Shown one piece after another: positions 53,486 through 64,000 of a stretch of 64,000 nucleotides of DNA. The notes under the pieces were generated by a model, which saw only the letters and a list, made by a program, of their open reading frames with translations, was not told the origin of the DNA and searched no databases. Source of the stretch: Auanema rhodensis (Eukaryota > Animalia > Nematoda). Location: positions 10,788,001-10,852,000 of the forward strand of contig OZ059895.1 in NCBI GenBank assembly GCA_964057225.1, written 5' to 3'. Position 1 is the stretch's first letter. Each line of letters starts with the position of its first letter. The position numbers were made by a program, and so were the translations under genes.

Positions 53486-53986
53486 CTTAACTTTACGGTT
53501 TCTATCTTTTTCCTATTGTAACAAACATTGTGTAAACACTATACAACTGTAAAACCTTTTTTAATTTATTGTATTTGGAGCTCATAAGATTCGATATCAT
53601 CGAGGGATTCAGATGGAACGTGGAAAATTACGTAACTAACACAGAAGCTCGAACAGTGTAAGACGAAGGAAAAAATGGAATCGCACTAAAACTACCTCAT
53701 ATAGGACTAATATGGGATATAATGATGACGAACTGGAAATGGATCATGCCGCTTGTAGCCGTGATTGCCGCTGTTATATAATTCCTCTCTACTTCTGCTT
53801 CATTCTACATGCCAGCTCTTCTATCGGTCATACTTTCCTACTGCTGTTTGAAAAACACCAGTAATCCCCCGGTTGCAGTATCAGGAAATGCCTGATTAAA
53901 TAACATTTCACCCATTGACCTATTAGATATATTAAGATATCTGATTACAATATTAACATATCTGAATACTATTTCAAGAAAACTAC
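53486..53986 (+). pseudogene. 500-bp cassette copy 3 (haplotype C, two nonsense changes)
   Basis: GAA->TAA (acagtgtaagac) and TAC->TAA (gttatataattc). Absent from the ORF track. Confidence 0.65.
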
Positions 53987-55058
53987 TTACTTAGATAGCT
54001 CAACCCAAGGCAGCAAATTATCTTCAATCTCATTTCTATATTACAGTTATGAACCAGTAGTTAATGAACCTTCATGGCCCGGTTAGTAGTTGAATCGGAG
54101 ACGGCTTGGGAATCCCGGGTTGCGTAAACTTTTTAAATTTTTTTAACAATCATAACACGTTGAAAGTACGCCATGCAGCTGATTTTCAATTTTGTCTCTT
54201 CTGTAATAAATATTTTCAATTTTCAAACAGTTTTACTTAGATAGCTCAACCCACGGCAGCAAATTATCTTTAATCTTATTTCTATACTACAGTTATGAAC
54301 CAGTAGTTAATGAACCTTCATGGCCCGGTTAGTAGTTGGATCGGAGACAGCTTAGGAAACCCGGGTGCCGTAAGCTTCTCAAATTTTTTTAACAATCATA
54401 ACACGTTGAAAGTACGCCATGCAGCTGATTTTCAATTCTATCTCTTCCGTAATAAATGTTTTCATTTTTCAAACAGTTTTACTTAGACAGCTCAACCCAA
54501 GGCAGCAAATTATCTTCAATCTTATTTCTATATTACAGTTATGAACCAGTAGTTAATGAACCTTTATGGCCCGGTTAGTAGTTGGATCGGAGACGGCTTG
54601 GGAATCCCGGGTGGTGTAAGCTTTTCAAATTTTTTTAACAATCATAACACGTTGAAAGTACGCCATGCAGCTGATTTTCAATTTTATCTCTTCCGTAATA
54701 AATGTTTTCATTTTTCAAGCAGTCTTACTTAGATAGCAAAACCCAAGGCAGCAAATTATCTTTAATCTTGATTCTATATTACAGCTATGAACCAGTAGTT
54801 AATGAACCTACATGGCCGGTTAGTAGTTGGATCGGAGACGGCTTGGGAATCCCGGGTGGCGTAAGCTTTTCAAATTTTTTTAACAATCATAACACGTTAA
54901 AAGTACGCCATGCAGCTGATTTTTAATTTTGTCTCTTCCGTAATAAATGTTTTCAATTTTCAATCAGTTCTACTTAGATAGCTCAACCCAAGGCATCAAA
55001 ATATCTTCAATCTAATTTTTATATAACAGTTATAAACCGGTAGTTAATGAACCTTCAT

Positions 55059-55557
55059 CTTAACTTTACTGTTTCTATCTTTTTCCTATCGTAACAAACA
55101 TTGTTAAAACACTATACAACTGAAACATTTTTTAATTTATTGTATTTGGAGCTCATAAGATTTGATATCATCGAGGGATTCAGATAAAACGTGGAAAATT
55201 ACGTAACTAACACAGAAGCTCGAACAGTGGAAGACGAAGGAAAAAATGGAATCGCACTAGAACTACCTCATATAGGACTAATATGGGATATAATGATGAC
55301 GAACTGGAAATGGATCATGCCGCTTGTAGCCGTGATTGCCGCTGTTATATACTTCCTCTCTACTTCTGCTTCATTCTACATGCCAGCTCTTCTATCGGTC
55401 ATACTTTCCTACTGCTGTTTGAAAAACACCAGTAATCCCCCGGTTGCAGTATCAGGAAATGCCTGATTAAATTACATTTCACCCATTGACCTAGTAGATA
55501 TATTAAGATATCTGATTACAATATTAACATATCTGAATACTATTTCAAGAAAACTAC
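55059..55557 (+). pseudogene. 500-bp cassette copy 4 (haplotype B)
   Basis: Same diagnostic bases as copy 2, 2653 bp downstream. Confidence 0.6.
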
Positions 55558-56138
55558 TTACTTAGATAGCTCAACCCAAGGCAGCAAATTATCTTCAATC
55601 TCATTTCTATATTACAGTTATGAACCAGTAGTTAATGAACCTTCATGGCCCGGTTAGTAGTTGAATCGGAGACGGCTTGGGAATCCCGGGTGGCGTAAGC
55701 TTTTTAAATTTTTTTAACAATCATAACACGTTGAAAGTACGCCATGCAGCTGATTTTCAATTTTGTCTCTTCTGTAATAAATGTTTTCAATTTTCAAACA
55801 GTTTTACTTAGATAGCTCAACCCACGGCAGCAAATTATCTTCAATCTTATTTCTATACTACAGTTATGAACCAGTAGTTAATGAACCTTCATGGCCCGGT
55901 TAGTAGTTGAATCGGAGACGGCTTGGGAATCCCGGGTGCCGTAAGCTTCTCAAATTTTTTTAACAATCATAACACGTTGAAAGTACGCCATGCAGCTGAT
56001 TTTCAATTTTATCTCTTCCGTAACAAATGTTTTCAATTTTCAATCAGTTCTACTTAGATAGCTCAACCCAAGGCATCAAAATATCTTTAATCTAATTTCT
56101 ATATCACAGTTATAAACCGGTGGTTAATGAACCTTCAT

Positions 56139-56639
56139 CTTAACTTTACGGTTTCTATCTTTTTCCTATTGTAACAAACATTGTGTAAACACTATACAAC
56201 TGTAAAACCTTTTTTAATTTATTGTATTTGGAGCTCATAAGATTCGATATCATCGAGGGATTCAGATGGAACGTGGAAAATTACGTAACTAACACAGAAG
56301 CTCGAACAGTGTAAGACGAAGGAAAAAATGGAATCGCACTAAAACTACCTCATATAGGACTAATATGGGATATAATGATGACGAACTGGAAATGGATCAT
56401 GCCGCTTGTAGCCGTGATTGCCGCTGTTATATAATTCCTCTCTACTTCTGCTTCATTCTACATGCCAGCTCTTCTATCGGTCATACTTTCCTACTGCTGT
56501 TTGAAAAACACCAGTAATCCCCCGGTTGCAGTATCAGGAAATGCCTGATTAAATAACATTTCACCCATTGACCTATTAGATATATTAAGATATCTGATTA
56601 CAATATTAACATATCTGAATACTATTTCAAGAAAACTAC
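56139..56639 (+). pseudogene. 500-bp cassette copy 5 (haplotype C)
   Basis: Same two stops as copy 3, 2653 bp downstream. Confidence 0.65.
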
Positions 56640-57957
56640 TTACTTAGATAGCTCAACCCAAGGCAGCAAATTATCTTCAATCTCATTTCTATATTACAGT
56701 TATGAACCAGTAGTTAATGAACCTTCATGGCCCGGTTAGTAGTTGAATCGGAGACGGCTTGGGAATCCCGGGTTGCGTAAACTTTTTAAATTTTTTTAAC
56801 AATCATAACACGTTGAAAGTACGCCATGCAGCTGATTTTCAATTTTGTCTCTTCTGTAATAAATATTTTCAATTTTCAAACAGTTTTACTTAGATAGCTC
56901 AACCCACGGCAGCAAATTATCTTTAATCTTATTTCTATACTACAGTTATGAACCAGTAGTTAATGAACCTTCATGGCCCGGTTAGTAGTTGGATCGGAGA
57001 CAGCTTAGGAAACCCGGGTGCCGTAAGCTTCTCAAATTTTTTTAACAATCATAACACGTTGAAAGTACGCCATGCAGCTGATTTTCAATTCTATCTCTTC
57101 CGTAATAAATGTTTTCATTTTTCAAACAGTTTTACTTAGACAGCTCAACCCAAGGCAGCAAATTATCTTCAATCTTATTTCTATATTACAGTTATGAACC
57201 AGTAGTTAATGAACCTTTATGGCCCGGTTAGTAGTTGGATCGGAGACGGCTTGGGAATCCCGGGTGGTGTAAGCTTTTCAAATTTTTTTAACAATCATAA
57301 CACGTTGAAAGTACGCCATGCAGCTGATTTTCAATTTTATCTCTTCCGTAATAAATGTTTTCATTTTTCAAGCAGTCTTACTTAGATAGCAAAACCCAAG
57401 GCAGCAAATTATCTTTAATCTTGATTCTATATTACAGCTATGAACCAGTAGTTAATGAACCTACATGGCCGGTTAGTAGTTGGATCGGAGACGGCTTGGG
57501 AATCCCGGGTGGCGTAAGCTTTTCAAATTTTTTTAACAATCATAACACGTTAAAAGTACGCCATGCAGCTGATTTTTAATTTTGTCTCTTCCGTAACAAA
57601 TTTATTCAATTTTCAAGCAGTTTTACTTAGACAGCTCAACCCAAGGCAGCAAATTATCTTCAATCTTATTTCTATATTACAGTTATGAACCAGTAGTTAA
57701 TGAACCTTCATGGCCCGGTTAGTAGTTGAATCGGAGACGGCTTGGGAATCGCGGGTGGCGTAAGCTTTTTAAATTTTTTTAACAATTATAACACGTTGAA
57801 AGTACGCCATGCAGCTGACTTTTAATTTTGTCTCTTCCGTAATAAATGTTTTCAATTTTCAATCAGTTCTACTTAGATAGCTCAACCCAAGGCATCAAAA
57901 TATCTTCAATCTAATTTTTATATAACAGTTATAAACCGGTAGTTAATGAACCTTCAT

Positions 57958-58456
57958 CTTAACTTTACGGTTTCTATCTTTTTCCTATCGTAACAAACAT
58001 TGTTGAAACACTATACAACTGAAACATTTTTTAATTTATTGTATTTGGAGCTCATAAGATTTGATATCATCGAGGGATTCAGATGAAACGTGGAAAATTA
58101 CGTAACTAACACAGAAGCTCGAACAGTGGAAGACGAAGGAAAAAATGGAATCGCACTAGAACTACCTCATATAGGACTAATATGGGATATAATGATGACG
58201 AACTGGAAATGGATCATGCCGCTTGTAGCCGTGATTGCCGCTGTTATATACTTCCTCTCTACTTCTGCTTCATTCTACATGCCAGCTCTTCTATCGGTCA
58301 TACTTTCCTACTGCTGTTTGAAAAACACCAGTAATCCCCCGGTTGCAGTATCAGAAAATGCCTGATTAAATTACATTTCACCCATTGACCTAGTAGATAT
58401 ATTAAGATATCTGATTACAATATTAACATATCTGAATACTATTTCAAGAAAACTAC
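57958..58456 (+). pseudogene. 500-bp cassette copy 6 (haplotype B')
   Basis: Trp codon is TGA (ttcagatgaaacgtg). Private G->E change near the C-terminus (VSENA). Confidence 0.6.
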
Positions 58457-59283
58457 TTACTTAGATAGCTCAACCCAAGGCAGCAAATTATCTTCAATCT
58501 CATTTCTATATTACAGTTATGAACCAGTAGTTAATGAACCTTCATGGCCCGGTTAGTAGTTGAATCGGAGACGGCTTGGGAATCCCGGGTGGCGTAAGCT
58601 TTTTAAATTTTTTCAACAATCATAACACGTTGAAAGTACGCCATGCAGCTGATTTTTAATTTTATCTGTTCCGTAACAAATGTTTTCAATTTTCAAGCAG
58701 TTTTACTTAGACAGCTCAACCCAAGGCAGCAAATTATCTTCAATCTTATTTCTATATTACAGTTATGAACCAGTAGTTAATGAACCTTTATGGCCCGGTT
58801 AGTAGTTGGATCGGAGACGGCTTGGGAATCCCGGGTGGCGTAAGCTTTTTAAATTTTTTCAACAATCATAACACGTTGAAAGTACGCCATGCAGCTGATT
58901 TTCAATTTTATCTCTTCTGTAATAAATATTTTCAATTTTCAAACAGTTTCACTTAGATAGCTCAACCCACGGCAGCAAATTATCTTTAATCTTATTTCTA
59001 TACTACAGTTATGAACCAGTGGTTAATGAACCTTCATGGCCCGGTTAGTAGTTGGATCGGAGACAGCTTAGGAAACCAGGGTGCCGTAAGCTTCTCAAAT
59101 TTTTTTAACAATCATAACACGTTGAAAGTACGCCATGCAGCTGATTTTCAATTTTATCTCTTCCGTAACAAACGTTTTCATTTTTCAATCAGTTCTACTT
59201 AGATAGCTCAACCCAAGGCATCAAAATATCTGCAATCTAATTTCTATATCACAGTTATAAACCGGTGGTTAATGAACCTTCAT

Positions 59284-59784
59284 CTTAACTTTACGGTTTC
59301 TATCTTTTTCCTATTGTAACAAACATTGTGTAAACACTATACAACTGTAAAACCTTTTTTAATTTATTGTATTTGGAGCTCATAAGATTTGATATCATCG
59401 AGGGATTCAGATGGAACGTGGAAAATTACATAACTAACACAGAAGCTCGAACAGTGGAAGACGAAGAAAAAAATGGAATCGCACTAGAACTACCTCATAT
59501 AGGACTAATATGGGATATAATGATGACGAACTGGAAATGGATCATGCCGCTCGTAGCCGTGATTGCCGCTGTTATATACGTCCTCTCTATTTCTGCTTCA
59601 TTCTTCATGCCAGCTTTTATATCGGTCATACTTTCCTACTGCTGTTTGAAAAACACCAGTAATCCCCCGGTTGCAGTATCAGGAAATGCCTGATTAAATT
59701 ACATTTCACCCATTGACCTAGTAGATATATTAAGATATCTGATTACAATATTAACATATCTGAATACTATTTCAAGAAAACTAC
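59284..59784 (+). pseudogene. 500-bp cassette copy 7 (haplotype A); open frame 59367-59693
   Basis: Near-identical to copy 1, 8451 bp downstream, with one L->F change. Confidence 0.6.
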
Positions 59785-60856
59785 TTACTTAGATAGCTCA
59801 ACCCAAGGCAGCAAATTATCTTCAATCTCATTTCTATATTACAGTTATGAACCAGTAGTTAATGAACCTTCATGGCCCGGTTAGTAGTTGAATCGGAGAC
59901 GGCTTGGGAATCCCGGGTGGCGTAAGCTTTTTAAATTTTTTCAACAATCATAACACGTTGAAAGTACGCCATGCAGCTGATTTTTAATTTTATCTGTTCC
60001 GTAACAAATGTTTTCAATTTTCAAGCAGTTTTACTTAGACAGCTCAACCCAAGGCAGCAAATTATCTTCAATCTTATTTCTATATTACAGTTATGAACCA
60101 GTAGTTAATGAACCTTTATGGCCCGGTTAGTAGTTGGATCGGAGACGGCTTGGGAATCCCGGGTGGTGTAAGCTTTTCAAATTTTTTTAACAATCATAAC
60201 ACGTTGAAAGTACGCCATGCAGCTGATTTTCAATTTTATCTCTTCCGTAATAAATGTTTTCATTTTTCAAGCAGTCTTACTTAGATAGCAAAACCCAAGG
60301 CAGCAAATTATCTTTAATCTTGATTCTATATTACAGCTATGAACCAGTAGTTAATGAACCTACATGGCCGGTTAGTAGTTGGATCGGAGACGGCTTGGGA
60401 ATCCCGGGTGGCGTAAGCTTTTCAAATTTTTTTAACAATCATAACACGTTAAAAGTACGCCATGCAGCTGATTTTTAATTTTGTCTCTTCCGTAACAAAT
60501 TTATTCAATTTTCAAGCAGTTTTACTTAGATAGCTCAAACCACGGCAGCAAATTATCTTCAATCTTATTTCTATATTACAGTTATGAACCAGTAGTTAAT
60601 GAACCTTCATGGCCCGGTTAGTAGTTGGATCGGAGACGGCTTGGGAATCCCGGATGGCGTAAGCTTTTCAAATTTTTTTAACAATTATAACACGTTGAAA
60701 GTACGCCATGCAGCTGACTTTTAATTTTGTCTCTTCCGTAATAAATGTTTTCAATTTTCAATCAGTTCTACTTAGATAGCTCAACCCAAGGCATCAAAAT
60801 ATCTTCAATCTAATTTTTATATAACAGTTATAAACCGGTAGTTAATGAACCTTCAT

Positions 60857-61355
60857 CTTAACTTTACTGTTTCTATCTTTTTCCTATCGTAACAAACATT
60901 GTTAAAACACTATACAACTGAAACATTTTTTAATTTATTGTATTTGGAGCTCATAAGATTTGATATCATCGAGGGATTCAGATAAAACGTGGAAAATTAC
61001 GTAACTAACACAGAAGCTCGAACAGTGGAAGACGAAGGAAAAAATGGAATCGCACTAGAACTACCTCATATAGGACTAATATGGGATATAATGATGACGA
61101 ACTGGAAATGGATCATGCCGCTTGTAGCCGTGATTGCCGCTGTTATATACTTCCTCTCTACTTCTGCTTCATTCTACATGCCAGCTCTTCTATCGGTCAT
61201 ACTTTCCTACTGCTGTTTGAAAAACACCAGTAATCCCCCGGTTGCAGTATCAGGAAATGCCTGATTAAATTACATTTCACCCATTGACCTAGTAGATATA
61301 TTAAGATATCTGATTACAATATTAACATATCTGAATACTATTTCAAGAAAACTAC
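60857..61355 (+). pseudogene. 500-bp cassette copy 8 (haplotype B)
   Basis: Same diagnostic bases as copy 2, 8451 bp downstream. Confidence 0.6.
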
Positions 61356-62917
61356 TTACTTAGATAGCTCAACCCAAGGCAGCAAATTATCTTCAATCTC
61401 ATTTCTATATTACAGTTATGAACCAGTAGTTAATGAACCTTCATGGCCCGGTTAGTAGTTGAATCGGAGACGGCTTGGGAATCCCGGGTGGCGTAAGCTT
61501 TTTAAATTTTTTCAACAATCATAACACGTTGAAAGTACGCCATGCAGCTGATTTTTAATTTTATCTGTTCCGTAACAAATGTTTTCAATTTTCAAGCAGT
61601 TTTACTTAGACAGCTCAACCCAAGGCAGCAAATTATCTTCAATCTTATTTCTATATTACAGTTATGAACCAGTAGTTAATGAACCTTTATGGCCCGGTTA
61701 GTAGTTGGATCGGAGACGGCTTGGGAATCCCGGGTGGTGTAAGCTTTTCAAATTTTTTTAACAATCATAACACGTTGAAAGTACGCCATGCAGCTGATTT
61801 TCAATTTTATCTCTTCCGTAATAAATGTTTTCATTTTTCAAGCAGTCTTACTTAGATAGCAAAACCCAAGGCAGCAAATTATCTTTAATCTTGATTCTAT
61901 ATTACAGCTATGAACCAGTAGTTAATGAACCTACATGGCCGGTTAGTAGTTGGATCGGAGACGGCTTGGGAATCCCGGGTGGCGTAAGCTTTTCCAATTT
62001 TTTTAACAATCATAACACGTTAAAAGTACGCCATGCAGCTGATTTTTAATTTTGTCTCTTCCGTAACAAATTTATTCAATTTTCAAGCAGTTTTACTTAG
62101 ATAGCTCAAACCACGGCAGCAAATTATCTTCAATCTTATTTCTATATTACAGTTATGAACCAGTAGTTAATGAACCTACATGGCCGGTTAGTAGTTGGAT
62201 CGGAGACGGCTTGGGAATCCCGGGTGGCGTAAGCTTTTCAAATTTTTTTAACAATCATAACACGTTAAAAGTACGCCATGCAGCTGATTTTTAATTTTGT
62301 CTCTTCCGTAACAAATTTATTCAATTTTCAAGCAGTTTTACTTAGACAGCTCAACCCAAGGCAGCAAATTATCTTTAATCTTGATTCTATATTACAGCTA
62401 TGAACCAGTAGTTAATGAACCTACATGGCCGGTTAGTAGTTGGATCGGAGACGGCTTGGGAATCCCGGGTGGCGTAAGCTTTTCAAATTTTTTTAACAAT
62501 CATAACACGTTAAAAGTACGCCATGCAGCTGATTTTTAATTTTGTCTCTTCCGTAACAAATTTATTCAATTTTCAAGCAGTTTTACTTAGACAGCTCAAC
62601 CCAAGGCAGCAAATTATCTTCAATCTTATTTCTATATTACAGTTATGAACCAGTAGTTAATGAACCTTCATGGCCCGGTTAGTAGTTGAATCGGAGACGG
62701 CTTGGGAATCGCGGGTGGCGTAAGCTTTTTAAATTTTTTTAACAATTATAACACGTTGAAAGTACGCCATGCAGCTGACTTTTAATTTTGTCTCTTCCGT
62801 AATAAATGTTTTCAATTTTCAATCAGTTCTACTTAGATAGCTCAACCCAAGGCATCAAAATATCTTCAATCTAATTTTTATATAACAGTTATAAACCGGT
62901 AGTTAATGAACCTTCAT

Positions 62918-63416
62918 CTTAACTTTACGGTTTCTATCTTTTTCCTATCGTAACAAACATTGTTAAAACACTATACAACTGAAACATTTTTTAATTTATT
63001 GTATTTGGAGCTCATAAGATTTGATATCATCGAGGGATTCAGATGAAACGTGGAAAATTACGTAACTAACACAGAAGCTCGAACAGTGGAAGACGAAGGA
63101 AAAAATGGAATCGCACTAGAACTACCTCATATAGGACTAATATGGGATATAATGATGACGAACTGGAAATGGATCATGCCGCTTGTAGCCGTGATTGCCG
63201 CTGTTATATACTTCCTCTCTACTTCTGCTTCATTCTACATGCCAGCTCTTCTATCGGTCATACTTTCCTACTGCTGTTTGAAAAACACCAGTAATCCCCC
63301 GGTTGCAGTATCAGGAAATGCCTGATTAAATTACATTTCACCCATTGACCTAGTAAATATATTAAGATATCTGATTACAATATTAACATATCTGAATACT
63401 ATTTCAAGAAAACTAC
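62918..63416 (+). pseudogene. 500-bp cassette copy 9 (haplotype B')
   Basis: TGA at the Trp codon as in copy 6. Confidence 0.6.
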
Positions 63417-64000
63417 TTACTTAGACAGCTCAACCCAAGGCAGCAAATTATCTTCAATCTCATTTCTATATTACAGTTATGAACCAGTAGTTAATGAACC
63501 TTCATGGCCCGGTTAGTAGTTGAATCGGAGACGGCTTGGGAATCCCGGGTGGCGTAAGCTTTTTAAATTTTTTTAACAATCATAACACGTTGAAAGTACG
63601 CCATGCAGCTGATTTTCAATTTTGTCTCTTCTGTAATAAATATTTTCAATTTTCAAACAGTTTTACTTAGATAGCTCAACCCACGGCAGCAAATTATCTT
63701 TAATCTTATTTCTATACTACAGTTATGAACCAGTAGTTAATGAACCTTCATGGCCCGGTTAGTAGTTGAATTGGATACGGCTTGGGAATCCCGGGTGGCG
63801 TAAGCTTTTTAAATTTTTTTAACAATCATAACACGTTGAAAGTACGCCATGCAGCTTATTTTTAATTTTGTCTCTTCCGTAATAAATTTATTCAATTTTC
63901 AAACACTTTTACTTAGATAGCTCAACTCACGGCAGCAATATATCTTCAATCTGATTCCTATATTACAGTTATGAACCAGTAGTTAATGAACCTTCATGGC

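Larger units (their letters stand above)
52300..57580 (+). repeat. 2653-bp higher-order tandem duplication (cassettes B+C plus six monomers); ends approximate
   Basis: Matching features offset by 2653: 52406/55059, 53486/56139, 52538/55191, 54702/57355. Confidence 0.88.
50833..64000 (+). repeat. Composite array: 2-6 satellite monomers alternating with a ~500-bp cassette (9 copies)
   Basis: Cassette starts are 50833, 52406, 53486, 55059, 56139, 57958, 59284, 60857 and 62918. Spacings 1573, 1080, 1573, 1080, 1819, 1326, 1573, 2061 equal ~588 + n x ~246 with n = 4, 2, 4, 2, 5, 3, 4, 6. Confidence 0.97.

Noticed and set aside
71-62049. Dozens of 63-91 aa ORFs (MFSIFKQSYLDSKTQ..., MNQLLMNLHG...) as a tandem gene family
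   Set aside because: They are translations of the satellite monomer. Most monomers break the frame by stops or 1-bp indels, monomer length is often not a multiple of 3, and the frame runs through 5S-derived sequence.
1-64000. Functional 5S rDNA array
   Set aside because: No monomer has a contiguous ~120-nt 5S. The halves are separated by ~115-120 bp containing several T4+ runs, helix I cannot form, and the 3' strand of helix III is missing.

Overview
The whole window is eukaryotic tandem-repeat (satellite) DNA, with no credible intact protein-coding gene. Positions 1-50832 hold about 207 head-to-tail monomers of 245-247 bp, all on one strand. From 50833 to the end, the same monomers (about 32) alternate with nine copies of a 499-501 bp non-satellite cassette. 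The main result is that about half of each monomer is a 5S rRNA gene broken into two pieces. The 3' part (nt ~50/65-119, with box C and a T-run terminator) is followed after only 11 nt by the 5' part (nt ~1-45), then ~115-120 bp of unrelated AT-rich DNA. The monomer is therefore a circularly permuted or split 5S-derived unit. Its signatures (ACGCCAT, GGATCGGAGACGGC, GTAAGCT) match the nematode (C. elegans-type) 5S sequence as I recall it. The 500-bp cassette replaces the 5S-bearing 158 bp of a monomer and is flanked by an 88-bp direct repeat. It carries a decaying frame for a hydrophobic membrane-anchor-like peptide that resembles the C-terminus of nematode BEL/Pao envelope proteins (unverified). 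The array also shows zoned variants and nested higher-order duplications. The many 63-91 aa satellite ORFs in the track are judged to be artefacts. All comparisons with known sequences are from memory and need database confirmation.
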